DNA of 64,000 bases, from contig MNCI01001083.1 in the NCBI GenBank assembly GCA_015680685.1, positions 301,989 to 365,988 of the forward strand, read 5' to 3'. Every line of letters begins with the position of its first letter. Within the stretch, counting starts at the first letter, position 1. Below, one piece after another: positions 26,901-40,339 of this stretch. Origin of the DNA: Gnetum montanum. Lineage: Eukaryota; Plantae; Gnetophyta. The translations under genes and the position numbers were made by a program. The notes under the pieces were generated by a model, which was given only the letters and a program-made list of their open reading frames with translations, was not told the origin of the DNA and did no database searches.

Positions 26901-29477
26901 AATTTTACTAAGAAACAGAATTTTAAGCCCTCATGGCCATTGGTAAGGATGAGCAAGATATTATCTTGGACTATGACATTTTGAAAAGTCAAGTGATCTA
27001 GGTAATGAATGAACTATAAGAAATGCTTGCATGGGCATGGGTCATCTATTAGTTTGATTTTTATGTGAGAAACTATAAGATTTTTTTGGAATGATATAAG
27101 TACCAATTTTCATGGACAAATAAGCTTGAAATTACATAGCTTTCCTCATGATCTCTTCTCTTTTTCATTTCTTTCATCTCTCTGTTTCTCATATTTTCTT
27201 TTCTTTTTATTTTTTTCATCATATATATTTTTGTATCATATATTTCTTTCTTTTCAATTCTTTCATAGGAAGAAAGTTTTTGATAAAGCATGGGAATCAT
27301 GAGAATTGAGTAGAATGATAAATCACCACCTAGAATCCTTGACTTTCATGAATATGAAAATTCATCCCCACCACATGGCTTGCATAAGTTCATGAGATCA
27401 CAAACTTCTTCTAACTAGGATGTCCAGGCAAGGCAATAGATGCACCTTGGTATAATCACACTGATTAGATATGTCCAGTGATCACAAGAATTCTTGATAA
27501 CATGCCCTTTTGATACTGGTGACTAAGAATTATTCCAATATTTTGAAACTTATACCCTAATATGTGGACCAACCACCTGCCCATGATTCCATCAACGTTA
27601 GCTTCAATAGCTTACAATGTAATTCCAAGCTTCCCATTGAAGCTGATCCTAGTTCATTAGTGATGATTAGAAGAAAAGTAGTTGGGTGAATTTTTGGTTG
27701 TGTAAACATTCCATTAGTCAAGGATCTCCTTTGTACTCATTTGACATTCTCACATCATCATTGCATTTGTAAGTCATCCATGCACCATTGGCCTATTGCA
27801 TGAGCATTCATAAATCAGATTAACTAGTTTTCCCACATGCACACAAACAAAGACACTCTAAAAAAAATAATATCATGCTTGATTATCTATTAAGCTTAAA
27901 AATATAAAAATCCTAGATAAACACATCAACTTTATTCAATACACAATTAGAGATGGTAGAAGAATAAAATTTTGACATTGCATGGAGGATTCTTCTCCCA
28001 TGGTTGATGCATGTCTATTACTTGGGAGACTCTGAGTATTAAATTAAGTGTTAAGCATGCTCAAAGGTGAATGATATTTATCATAGTACACCAATTATTA
28101 TCCATCAAGTGTTCCATCTAGCTCACTTAAATGGCTCATGTGCATGGTTCAATAAGACTATGATGAGCATCTCTCCACCTTCCCTACTTATCTTGATTAT
28201 AAGCTAGCAAAACCAATTGAAGGGTATTATTCTTTGAATGCTCAAAGATGATAAAATGTATTCATCTCTTTGGTGCATTACTAGAGATCTTTGGTGGGCT
28301 CTTAACACTATTTTTCATCTCTTTCGTGTTCATAACCTACATACATACAACACTAAAAACATATACTTGATTTAAATACAAGTTAAAATTAAGCATGTAC
28401 AAGTATTTCTGGATAATTCATAACACACTCCTTGGAAATGGAACTAATGATAAGTGTCCCATTAGTTTTGTACCAAAGGAATATATCATTTGAATTACAA
28501 TGTGATTTAGTTATAAGCTTTGAAGATGATGTTGAGTGGATTTCCAAGAATATTTATGTATGTCACTGCATTTAACAAATATAAAACATATTATAATATA
28601 TAAGTTACAAATGAAACCTATGTTTTCATGGTGAAAAGGGATAGAGAAAAATAATTATAATTTTATGTTTTATGATTTTTATGGATTTTGAAATTATAAG
28701 AGATAAAATAATAAATAATACACATGCATTGTAATCCCTCTTAGCGATAGGTGTAATGCTTGTGTTGCAATCCCTCATGGAGACAAGTGTAATACTACAT
28801 GCAAAATGTAATAAAGGTAACTCTAGGTCACAACCTCAATGTTCTAACACCATGTTATATAGTTATGACCTTCTTGGGTAAGGGTAAATCATCACAACCT
28901 TTAAAAATGAGAATTAAATAAAAAAATTTATTACTTTAATATTTTATAATATTTTTAGTGTTTTGGTTTTTAAGACACTAATGGTAAAATGGGAAAGAAT
29001 CATAAGCTTTATTCACCACAAAAGCATTGGACTCTACATTAACCAAATGGTTCTAGGATCCATATGCATGGTAGCATTCTAATAGAGTCTAATCACACTT
29101 GTAAAAGTAACAACTTGTAACACATACCAAATAGGAAAGAAAATAAACTTACCCAAGGAAGAAAGATCTCTTCATACAAATGGGTGCCAAAAGCTTCAAG
29201 AAATATCCAAGTATGAATTCCTTTTATGAAAGAATTTATCTTAGGTATTTATAGTTTTCATGCAAAAATAGAAAAGGTTTGTTAATGTCTAGGCATCAAT
29301 CAAGGCCATTCGACACAACCCAAACTAATCTGGGATACACGTAGAAAAAATTCAAGTAAACCAAGCCTACTCAAGATGCATCAATGCCCCTACGCTAATG
29401 TAGAGTAGTTAGTGCATTCCCCCCATCCTCCAAATCACACATTGTTCTTCCAATCCTAGTTACAATTTGGAACCTAA
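23991..29477 (-). mobile_element. Ancient LTR element (probably Athila-type) defined by two diverged ~1-kb LTR-like repeats, 23991-~24993 and 28448-~29477
   Basis: Both copies start TGATA and are colinear (e.g. ataagctttgaaga; aaaatgagaattaaataaa; aacttacccaagg; gtatttatagtttt). The minus-strand sequence ttagttccatttccaagga at 28429-28447 resembles a decayed tRNA-Asp PBS. The interior holds scrambled Gypsy fragments (e.g. + strand PMVDACLLLGRL at ~28000, CRM protease-like). No TSD resolved. Confidence 0.55.
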
Positions 29478-30984
29478 GTAGTAATCCAAATTACACATTG
29501 TTCTTCTTTTCAATGTCAAATCCCTCGAATTTAATACTAAGTAGTAATCTCTCCTACCTACTTCAATACCATGTTATATTTTCTTGTGTGTATATTGCGT
29601 TACATTGATCTTGTAACACAATGTTATTACCTCAAGATCTATTATTATTGAGTTTTAAGATCATATCTCTCATTGTAATAATAACTACTCTTCATAATTT
29701 TCTTCAATTGTGAGTATCATAAGTCTTACTAATTGAGCTACTTTCGAATCCTCTTATAATGAATAGAGTTACTGATTCCATAACTTAGTACTTTTTTTAT
29801 TTTGGTAATTTATAATTAGCATTTTTTGGATTATTTTATCTCTAAGCCTCCTTATGCTAAGTTTGTAACAACTTCATATGCTTCAGTACTGTGGTTCTTT
29901 TTCTAGTAGTACATCTTCTTCAAAATTATATCTTCTTCTTTATCATAAGATAATAATATACTTATAAAAATTATTTATAATTCACTGTATTATGAACTTC
30001 TCTATGTAGACTTATCATAGTGTTAAGTCTTTACTTTAGTAAAAATTCTTCAACTTAACTTTTTTCTTAACTTCAGTAAGCCACTTTTGACTTAGCTTCT
30101 CTATTCACAAAATCCTTCTTTATAAGTCTTTCTCTTTTTTAACCATCATAACTTTCCAAATGGCCTTCTATTCTTATTTAAGAAACTAGACCATGATACA
30201 TATGACATAACTTGGATCTTCTCTTCTTTTATAGGAAACTTGAACCTGTGTTATATGGATTGCACTTGTCTCCTGAAACACTTACTTCTTAGCTTTGAGT
30301 TACTTCTTTAATCTTTTGGTTGTTGTGTTTGAATTCTTATTATGAAATCTATAGTTCATAATTTATTCTTGCATTTCTTCATGCTTTTTTTCACTCTTCT
30401 AACAATGGACATTTCTTCTTCATAATTTTACAAGTCATTGTCATTTATAAACTCTTCTAATTTATGAACATTATCATGGCTATTGTTCCAATGTCACTTT
30501 CTTATTTCAATGATTCTCATGTACTCTATATTTATGTTTCATTTCTTCATTATATTATATCTCTTATCATCTGTTACAAAGTGAGTACTTTCATTCTCTT
30601 ATCCTTTGTGAGTTATGACTCTTAAGAGAATTAACATTATCTTTTGTAGTTATTTCTAAATTATGTTAAGAAACTAATGATTGTGCCTTAACCTAGAAGT
30701 ATATTCTAATAAAGAATCTTATTTTTTGCAACAATTTCAACCTATTTCTTAGACTTGTTAGTTTGACATATGAGACTAGGATTCACCATCCATTCAACTC
30801 AATGTGGATTTTAGATTCGCATCTATAGAATTGCTGTGAGATTTAGGCTCACTACTTTTTAGTTTAGATCAACTTGTTTTGTTAGGAAATTAGGTTTGTC
30901 TCCCCACCACCTAGGGGATTTTTTTGGATGTTTTATGTTGTTATGTTGAATGTTGGATTTCAATTTGGTTTGGCCAACCATTAC

Positions 30985-31150
30985 ATTATATATGAATTTT
31001 AGACCTATCAATTATTATATATGAGATTCAGTTTCATCAATTACTTATATATGAGTTTTAGATTGATTAATTATCATATATAAAATTTAGTATCATCAAT
31101 TATATAGGCTCATCAATCATATGATACATGTGAGTTTTAGACTCTTCATC
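30985..31150. repeat. Degenerate ~30-bp AT-rich tandem repeat, about 5 copies
   Basis: Units such as tatatgaattttagacctatcaatta and tatatgagttttagattgattaatta. Confidence 0.6.
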
Positions 31151-31859
31151 ATTAATATTTGAATCTATTCTTTGGTTGGGTTAAGGATGGTGGTGAAGTT
31201 TTCAAATTATATCTAATTGTTGGTTTTACAATATTATGATTATTAGATAAATATGATGTTTTTTTTGTTTGGATAGCATTTAGTTTTAGCTATCCATGTG
31301 CATGATTGTTCATCTAATGCCTATAACCAAATCCATAAGGGATTATTTCTATTTGTTTTTTTATCCTATTCAACCTTAAGACTAATTCTCTTGATTTTTC
31401 ATGATGTTTCATGTGATTATGTTAGTTGTAATAAGAATGAATTAGATCATGAAATTATTAGTTAACAATTACATTATAGTGATTGTAATGTGAATCTATG
31501 ATTTTAGTTGGTTTTGGTTCTATGCTATAATATTTAGCTAGAATTCTAGATTCAAAGGATGTTGGATTTTATAATATTTTTTGCCTATCTTTGATGTACA
31601 CCTTTGCAACTTGAAATTCATTACATTGCATGTCTAATTATTTTGAATCAAATTTTTTGGTTATGCAATGTTAGAATCTAATGCTTTTTGGATGAATTAT
31701 ATATTTAATTTCAATTATATATATATATATTATAGTTTTAGCTTAATGTTTCCATTTAATCATGCACCTTTTTAAATCAACTATTATTTTTCTTACAATC
31801 ATTTCTAGTAATTTTTGCTTCAACAATTGGATGCAAATTGCTTCTCTTAGTAAATAGGT

Positions 31860-32560
31860 AAGGTTTGGAATGTCTGGGGCAATTATCATTATCTTTTACA
31901 ATGTTTTACATTTTTGTATGTTTTCTTGCCCCTGTGTGCCTATAATTTTCAAGGATGCCTCCTACTTTGCTTGTCTATTTATTTTAACATCTTTAAGGAT
32001 TTATTATGCAATGTTGTACTATTCTACATGTTTTATATTTTATTTAAGTAATGTCTTTCAAGCCTATGCTTGAATAGCAAGGTGTTACAACACTAGCCTA
32101 TCTCTATTTTGACATGTTGCCTCAATTCTATTTCTTATATCTTTATCAATTTCACTATCCAACTGGAGGATTGATCCTATGTAGCAGAACTATTTGTACT
32201 GAGGGACATTTTTACCTTTAATTTTTACTTCTATTTTACCATTTTTTATGTTATTATTTCAATTGCATTCTATATATTCTATCTTACTTCTTCTAGTTTT
32301 TAAATCTTTTGATTCTAAAGCATGTCTCCATCTATCCATTTTAGAAGTGAAATTTTCTCATGCTATATCCACCAATATAATATCACCTACAAATAGCATA
32401 CACTAAGGAATTTTTTTTGTATTTTCTTTATTAATTTACCCATAATAATGATAAAAACATATAGGCAAGGTGTAGACCTTTAATGTAGATCAATTTTGAC
32501 TAGAAAATTAGAATTTATTCCACAAGATATTTTAATTTTATTGGTAGCTTCTCAAAATCT
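31860..32560 (-). mobile_element. RTE-clade LINE reverse transcriptase fragment
   Basis: Minus strand: FLVKIDLH*RSTPCLYVF (GLHQGSALSPYLF-like), IP*CMLFVGDIILVD (PWCMLFADDIVL-like), KMDRWRHALESKDLKTRRSKIEYIECN, FCYIGSILQLDSEIDKDIRNRI. Confidence 0.85.
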
Positions 32561-33440
32561 ATGTATAATATTTAGCAGTTGTTGTTGTTAATTTCATATG
32601 ATAAAATTAAATTAAATTCTATGTATAATATTTATATTTTCCACATGGAAATTTAAGATTCACATGCATTAATAGTCACAAGGGTATTCAACATCAACAC
32701 TTAACTATATGCTTTAACTATTGAAAGTTATATGTTCTAATCATTTAAGAGCTATGGCTCCATCCCTACCTTCATTGTTGTATGGATGCATGTATATTAA
32801 GATTTTTTTGAGCTCCTTTAATGGTTAAAGCTCATTTTAAATATCATGTGACTTGCATCTCAATTGATTAAAGCATATAGCTTATGGTTTGTAAGTTTCA
32901 AATTTAATTCTAATTAGTACATTGATATGAGATATTAGTTTGTTCTTCTAAATTTCTATGAAAATGTTTTCTTCGCTATATGTCAAGTGAGTACATATAG
33001 TAATATAATTATGATTTTGGCTCTCTCTCAATTTCTTGCAAGCTAAGTGTTTAAATTATTCTCAATCTTAAGGGTTTCATGTAAAGATATTTTAGTAGAA
33101 AATTTTATCGCAAGGAATTATTTCAAGATGAAGACTACTAATATCTCTCATATGATAAAAATTTTGAAGGATTCTAAAGCTTTTGATTCTATTTTACCTA
33201 ATAATTTATATAAATCTTTGTCAAAAGTTATCACTTGATATATCATCCTACAAATTAGTTGATTTCAATAAATGTAGTATAAAAAGAGAAGGCCTATAGA
33301 TAAGGATTTGAATTCAAATACTCATAATGTATTTTGTTCTCTTTCTACATATGCTAATGTTCCAAATTTTTTTCATCAAATAATGCTTTTTCACCTATTA
33401 GTGACATGGAATGCAAAATAAATATAGAGCTTAAAACAAC

Positions 33441-34317
33441 GATGATAGTAGTTTCCTCTTCCACATCTCAATATTAGTTTTATCATAGAATGTTTAAGGC
33501 CTTTTTGATTGATTTTCAGCAAAGATTTTCGAGGAGTATCTTTCAAACTAGTATTTATTTCTAGATATTATTTTCTTATAAAAGATTAATATTTTAGTGC
33601 ATAATATTAGTTTTTTTAATAAATGCATTTTAATTGCATTTTCTTTTCTACTACTCATGAACTTAATAAAGGAGATATTGTTATTCCTAGTTAATAAAAA
33701 TTAGAGAGGAAAATTTTTAAATTTTGTCTCTAAGGATCTCGAAAGAGTAATTTGGATTACTTGTCATAGTGAAAAAGAAGAATTTGAACTATATAATATT
33801 TATGATCTTAATGATTCAAAAGCTCAATCAAAGATCTGAAAATATCTTTTCTCTTTGCCTGAAGCTTTTTGGATTATTNGATGATAGTAGTTTCCTCTTC
33901 CACATCTCAATATTAGTTTTATCATAGAATGTTTAAGGCCTTTTTGATTGATTTTCAGCAAAGATTTTCGAGGAGTATCTTTCAAACTAGTATTTATTTC
34001 TAGATATTATTTTCTTATAAAAGATTAATATTTTAGTGCATAATATTAGTTTTTTTAATAAATGCATTTTAATTGCATTTTCTTTTCTACTACTCATGAA
34101 CTTAATAAAGGAGATATTGCTATTCCTAGTTAATAAAAATTAGAGAGGAAAAGTTTTAAATTTTGTCTTTAAGGATCTCGAAAGAGTAATTTGGATTACT
34201 TGTCATAGTGAAAAAGAAGAATTTGAACTATATAATATTTATGATCTTAATAATTCAAAAGCTCAATCAAAGATCTGAAAATATCTTTTCTCTTTGCCTG
34301 AAGCTTTTTGGATTATT
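33441..34317. other. Near-perfect 438-bp tandem duplication flanking a single N (probable assembly overlap artefact)
   Basis: 33441-33878 and 33880-34317 differ by about 4 substitutions; N at 33879. Confidence 0.9.
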
Positions 34318-34990
34318 GGAGATGATTTCAATATGGTTAAAAGTTAATTAGATAAACTTGATGGTCTTTTTTTCTAACATTTCTTCTCAAGAAAAAGAAG
34401 ATTAATGAAATTTTAAAGAAAAATATTTTCTTTCTTATATTAGCTCTTTTGACAAATAATTCAAATAAGAAGTAACTACAAGGAAATAATAGAATTTATT
34501 TTCAACTTAATAGATTTTACATCTCTAATATTGATTTTTGAAAGCCTAGAAATAAAGTAGAAGTGCATACAGATGCTACTTTGTCAAACCTTTTTTCTAT
34601 TAGTATTCTTCTCTCCAAGATTAATTCTTCTTCCTTTTGAAACTAAGAGATTTTTCATATAAATGTTAATATATTCAAATGACTTAATGGAAAAAATATT
34701 TTAAATTTTTTATAGAACATAGAAAAAAACCTACTGGTAATATTGGTTGGATTAATTGATGGCAATGAACTACTTATAAAATCAAAAATTATGCAAGATG
34801 GTTTGAAAAGCAATTTGTTAAGCAAAGCATCAAATTATAGAAGAGATTGTAGAATTTATCAAGAAAATGCAAATGATTTTAAATTAATATTCCTTTGAAT
34901 TTGAAAATAAAAAATTCTTGGCTAAAGCTCTTTATGCTAAACAATATTAGAATGTATTTGAAGCTACAAGTACTCTTACTAAAATAGTTG
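33471..34990 (+). mobile_element. L1/Tx1-type LINE ORF2 AP-endonuclease fragment (5' part duplicated across the N)
   Basis: ILVLS*NV*GL (SWNVRGL), LDIIFL*K (DIIFLQETK), YNIYDLNDSK (NIYAPN), LPEAFWIIGDDFNMV (GDFN), QLNRFYIS (RLDRF), TLSNLFSI (SDH). Confidence 0.85.
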
Positions 34991-34996
34991 TCCTAT

Positions 34997-36900
34997 GTAA
35001 CACTCCTTAACTAAGCATCCTTGACAAATTGTTATTATAGGTATTGGATCATAAAAAATAAATATATTAAAAGTAAAACTTTAGAATATAAAAGCATATA
35101 AGTAGAGGAGAAAATATAACACAACAAAAAGAAAAGGCCAAAGGTTTTACAAATGTCTTTTCGGTTTTCATCCGTACAACTAATCTTGAAAAACCTCCCT
35201 TTTGGAATAGGAAAAGGATCATACCTTGCCCTATTTCAGAAGCATATAAATAGGTTTTCACTTCCTACTAAAGGCTTTCTATTAATAAAAAATAAAAAAT
35301 AAGGAGAAAAAAATTTAGAAATTGAATTAAAGTATCAGTTCTTAAATGATATCACCTTGAACTAATAATGGAAGAAAATTATCTGGAGAATATCTATGAA
35401 AAATCATGTTACATCGAAATTTCTAGATGGTATAAAGAATAGAAGGATGAAAGTAATGTTCAATATGAAGTAGAAATTCTTAGATTTGAGGAATCTCACC
35501 AAATAAAAATTCATCTAATCTTGGTTAAAAACCAAATATATACTTGTTACGCCAAGTACAAGAGCTATGCACAAGAGAATAAGTAAAAAAATAATGGATG
35601 AACATATCTTCCATGTTGTAGACAGGACATCTTGGATCATGAACACCCAAATAAAGGCATAAAATACTAACAAAAAACCTTGAGAAATCAGATACTACTA
35701 GAAAATGTTTAATTTTTGAAGTAGCAGCATTCCATATCTTCTAAATTCACTAGATTCATAACTATACATTGTGATTAACCTTCCAAATATAATTGAATCT
35801 TGGCCAAATATCAGTATTAGAATTAATAAGAGTATAAAAAATCTTAAGATTGATATGGAATAACATAATGTCTATTAATCCAAGAAAGATCAAGAAAACC
35901 ATTATGATGATCTTGAATAGTTACACTTTTATCCAAATTATCTAAATGATAAAAAACTATACTTTTTAGAAACATTAATGCTATAGAGAATTTGATATTC
36001 AGACTAACTAATTCAATGATTATTTATGTGAAGAGATGAAAGGAAGAACATGTTAAGCTTACACCATGTACTACAAAGGCATTGATGGTTAATAGTCCAT
36101 GGTTCATTATAAATTAGAAGCCACCAAGGAGAAATCTTACCAAGACAAGAGGTAGAAACAATAATATTATAAAAGTTTTAAAAATCACTAATAAAACTCT
36201 AAGCATTCAAAATATTTTTTATGAGAATAGAACCTGATATAGTAACAACTTTTGGAAAAGGATTCAATTAAAAAATAAGTATCTTTCCAATAATCACTAC
36301 ATTTAGGCTTACCCATCTAAATGCTCTTATGAAAAAGAAGCTTTTAAAACTCTTTACCAAGCATTTAACCACCCACTTGGCAAATAAAAAAATACCCTAA
36401 TTATAATAATTCACTGATTCTAAATCCACCATCCTCTTGTGAGAACTACAAATGTCTAAAGCAACATAATAACATCCTTTTCTAGAATGGCTACTACTCC
36501 AAAGGAAGTTTCACACAAGCTAATTAATGTGATGACATGCAAAACATAAGAAGCCCAATATGATGAATAATACACATGAATAGCTTTAATGATATATTTA
36601 GAAATAATAAAATTAACAACCATTGAAAGCTTATCCTTAAACTTAATAAGTTTTTGTTTGATTTTATTTACTATAACATCCCATAAAGTTGTTGAAGGCC
36701 TAGCAAAGGAAAAAGAAATGTCTAATAATTGAAAAGTATCTAACTTTTCTAGAACATGTCAAGATTTAGACAAAGCTCATTCTTAAAAATCCTTATTACA
36801 AAAAATAGAATATTTAAACAAATTAATATGAGAGCCTAAAAGTCTACAATATTAATCAACATGATAAAAAATAATCTATAATAGATTTATCATTTTTTAT
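34997..36900 (+). pseudogene. Unidentified A-rich decayed coding relic, possibly caulimovirid viroplasmin-like
   Basis: TGTAACAC start, TATA tataaatagg at ~35245, ATG at 35368. Segment AYTMYYKG...YYKSFKNH**TL/AFKIFF at ~36050-36220 loosely fits the Cauli_VI / RNase H1 hybrid-binding fold. Confidence 0.25.
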
Positions 36901-36920
36901 AATAAAAAAGGAATTAGTAC

Positions 36921-39544
36921 AATGTTGACGATACTAGTCACCATCCCACTTTCAAGAGCACATCATAAGGATACCCTAATCCTAAAGTTTGGTGAGGTGA
37001 TACCAACATAGGAGTGGCTGAGGGGATAGGCACCTAGGTACATCTCAGAAAACTTCTAGTGCGTAGATTTGCTTATGTATTTATGGCACCTATCCCTTTC
37101 ATCCTTACTGTGGAGATGTTGCATGTCATCAATTCCTTCAATGAGAAGGCTAGTCATTTTAGCACCATCATTTAGGATATGAAGGTCAACATGGACATTG
37201 ATGAGGGCCTATTTTGTAACTTTTTTGGTATCCTTGTTGATGGGGTAAAGGTTCCCACAAGAATAGTGAAGGAATCAAGGCATCATGATGAAGTTTTAGA
37301 GTGGCTTGGTGCCAACATGTGCCACTCTAGAATTTTCATGGATGGCTTCACGAACCCTAGTGCAAAGTAATCCTATTCTTTGTTTAGGTCTCATGCATTT
37401 CCAAAACTATTATCACAAATGAATGTGATCAACACCATGTAAGGGTGAACCTTTTAGAAAGTCTTAATGGGTGGCACTAACTTCAACTAGGTGGCTACTT
37501 TGGTTTTTGGGCTTTAGGGGAGATCCTTAGACTCCATGTGGACACCTTTACAATAATCCACATGCATTTTGCATTTTTTATAGGTTATTTGAAAAGGTTT
37601 GTAGAGTTTATAATGGTATATAGGAATTGACAATGGGTTCCCTAGGATCTAAGCCAACTTTCTAAGCCTTGGATAAAGCACATTTATTCAATGGTGCAGG
37701 CCCGAATCCCATCAGAGGGGATAGATGATACATTATCCATTACCACCAAGGATCATAATGTTAGACAATGTGAGGCCCCTAGTAACATAGATGATGATGA
37801 GCCTCTCACATTCCTAGCAAGTGTCCTAGAGGCCAAATGGCAATGTAGGGAGGCCAAAGGGATAGCTAGAGAGAAACTCAAGAGGCCCATGAAGGAAGTA
37901 CTATCGACATCAAATCAACCTACCCTAAAGAAGCTTAAGTTCAATCTTAAGCCATTGCAATAGGAAATCATAGGTATGCTTTATTTAAATTTGGCTATTT
38001 TATTGTTTAAAGTTTGTGGGTATGTTATGATTTCATACACTAGTCAGTTTTCTATGTGCTGTGGTTGTAGACATGCACTAGGTCATGGTAGCCCAAGCTA
38101 CTATTGATGAAGAACAAAGGTGTGTAGAAGAGGCACTCCTAAAGTAACCTGAGATTGGAGGGTTTGTTGATGTGGATATAAATGATCTAGATGCCTTGTT
38201 TGGTAAGGTGGTGTTGGATTCATCCCCCATAATCATTCCAGAGGTATAGGTGGAGGAGCCAATAATGCCCATGCCTTAATGCTTTCATTATATTTTATTA
38301 TTTAATTTTGGTTTTCATCCTAACCTTTTGATAATTTTTATTCTTATGGTAGTTCCTAAGCCACCAATGCAAGCTCATATTCCTAAGTTTCATGTTAAAC
38401 CATGGGTGAAGAGCCTAGACAAGGTGGAGTTCATGCATGGGATGGCTAAGGAGATCATCAATTGGCTACAATAGGCTACATCCAAGATAGGTAAGGACTT
38501 CATTTTATGTACCTTTGTTGTTTGGTCATGTTATAGACTATGCTTATGTTATGACTATCTTAGCTTGTAAATTATGTATATGGTTGTATTGCATGCTTGT
38601 GTAGTGCCTCCTATTGAGTGTATCCTTAAAGTTGTATGAGAATACTACTAATCTAGCAATGTCATGTGCAAAAATTTCATGGGAGTTAGAGAGGTCAAAT
38701 AAATCCATATAGGAGGAAGTTATGGCCTTAAGGGAGAAGACTCAATGGTAGGAGAAAACTATTAGAGATCTCTGAGACCGTAAGAGCTTTGTGAAAGCCA
38801 AGTAGCTAACTCAATGAAATTTTAGACTATGAAGATCACATGGGTCTGCTACTAGCATGTCATTTAGGACAAAGTAGTGGTCTTACGGAAGATTGCAAAA
38901 AAATAGATTTAGGTAGACCTCATCTTCCAAAAGGTTGAGGACTGAAAGGATCACTACACTTGGGTCCTAGAGTGGGATTAGAAAAAAAAGGTTCACAAGT
39001 GATAGTACAAGGCAAATCATGGGGCCTACCTTAAGTGGCTCAAGGAGGAGTTGGTTGAACAATGCAAGAAACAGTTGTTCATCTAGGAGATCCAAGAGAA
39101 GAGTGCTTATCAACTTTTTAAGAGTACTCTCATAGTGGAGCAATCCCCTATCACTCAAATTACCACTATGGTAGGTAAGACCTCTACAACTATTATTACT
39201 CAAAAGCCATATACTTGGACTATAGTAGATAGCACTAGCATCCTTTCTAGTATTAATCTTGGGGATGTTGACTAGGTCAACATGACAAAGGACTAGATCC
39301 TTCATCATTTGAAGGAAGACCTTCCACATCTACTCTCAGAAGTTATGGAGTCAAAATCCCCACAAGTTTGATATATTTTATGTTTTCTATTTTTAGTTTT
39401 TTTTTATGTTTTTGACTAATGGTTACTAATTGGCTACGTGTTGTATTTTAGGCATCAAAAGACATTAGTAGTTCCTAAAGTGAGGGTGGGAATGACCCAC
39501 CACTTCCTTTTCTAGACACCCCTCAACAACCTCTATCAACTTAG
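36921..39544 (+). pseudogene. Five-exon accessory gene antisense to the Tat/Ogre-like gag (N-terminal globular domain, Pro/Glu linker, coiled-coil-like C-terminal half); 5' end truncated
   Basis: Exons ~36921-37973, 38071-~38277, 38353-38490, 38605-39365, 39452-39544. T-rich introns: GTATG..TGTAG (37974-38070), decayed donor..GGTAG (to 38352), GTAAG..TGTAG (38491-38604), GTTTG..TTTAG (39366-39451, with tactaat branch-like site). Splice phases 1,1,1,0 keep the coding-like frame at the junctions. Confidence 0.7.
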
Positions 39545-39879
39545 TTTTTTGGCTATTTGTTTTTATTTTCATGTTTATGGCTATTATTAGCCAATAATAT
39601 GTCATAGATGGTTGTTATTATTTTTGACATTTGTGCCACATAATGTGGCCATGGTTATGTATGTTATGAATACTTCAAATCCAGATTTAAAATTTTGATT
39701 TTATATTTTGGTTATCTATATTATTCTAGTAAATGTTGTAAATGTTGTGAACATTGTGAATGGCTAGGTTGAAATTTTGATCATAACATTAAATGGCAGA
39801 TCAATGTGATAATAGGCAAATCCAAAAGAAGTATAATAATTTAAAAAAATATGTTTGCTAGTTTTATGCCATTGTAGGC

Positions 39880-40170
39880 ATAGGTTATATTGTGTTGTCA
39901 TTTTAAGGCCATAGTGAGTCATATTGCTAGTTTAAAGTCTCAGCAAATGGAAATGCCAATTTAGAGTCTTAGCAGACTACAACGCCAATTCAGAGTCTTG
40001 GTAGACTATGATGCAAGTTCACAATCTTAGCAAACTGTGACACTAATATAGAGTCTTAACAAACTATAATTTTGCTAGTTCAAGGCCATGGCAGGCCATG
40101 TTGTATGATTATCTTTGCTAGTTTAAGGCCATGGTGGGCCATGTTGCCAATTTAAGGTCTTAGCAAACCA
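39880..40170. repeat. Tandem array (~28-bp units) between the two convergent coding regions
   Basis: Units such as gccaatttagagtcttagcagactacaac, gccaattcagagtcttggtagactatgat, gctagtttaaggccatgg. Confidence 0.75.
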
Positions 40171-40339
40171 TTTTTAAGGATAAATCTATATTTTTGGTGA
40201 TTTTATGTTTTAAGTTTTTAAGGCTTTCAGATTTTTCATAACATGGGTAAAAGCAAATAAGTAAAAATGCAAATGAAAGTAGAAACTTAGGCTACATGCA
40301 TAAAGAGTAAAACAAAAAATATAAAAAAGGATATAACAA

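Noticed and set aside
33047-33238. LINE RT motif DSKAFDSI
   Set aside because: A single short motif, upstream of the endonuclease and so in the wrong order for that LINE; too little to call a separate feature.
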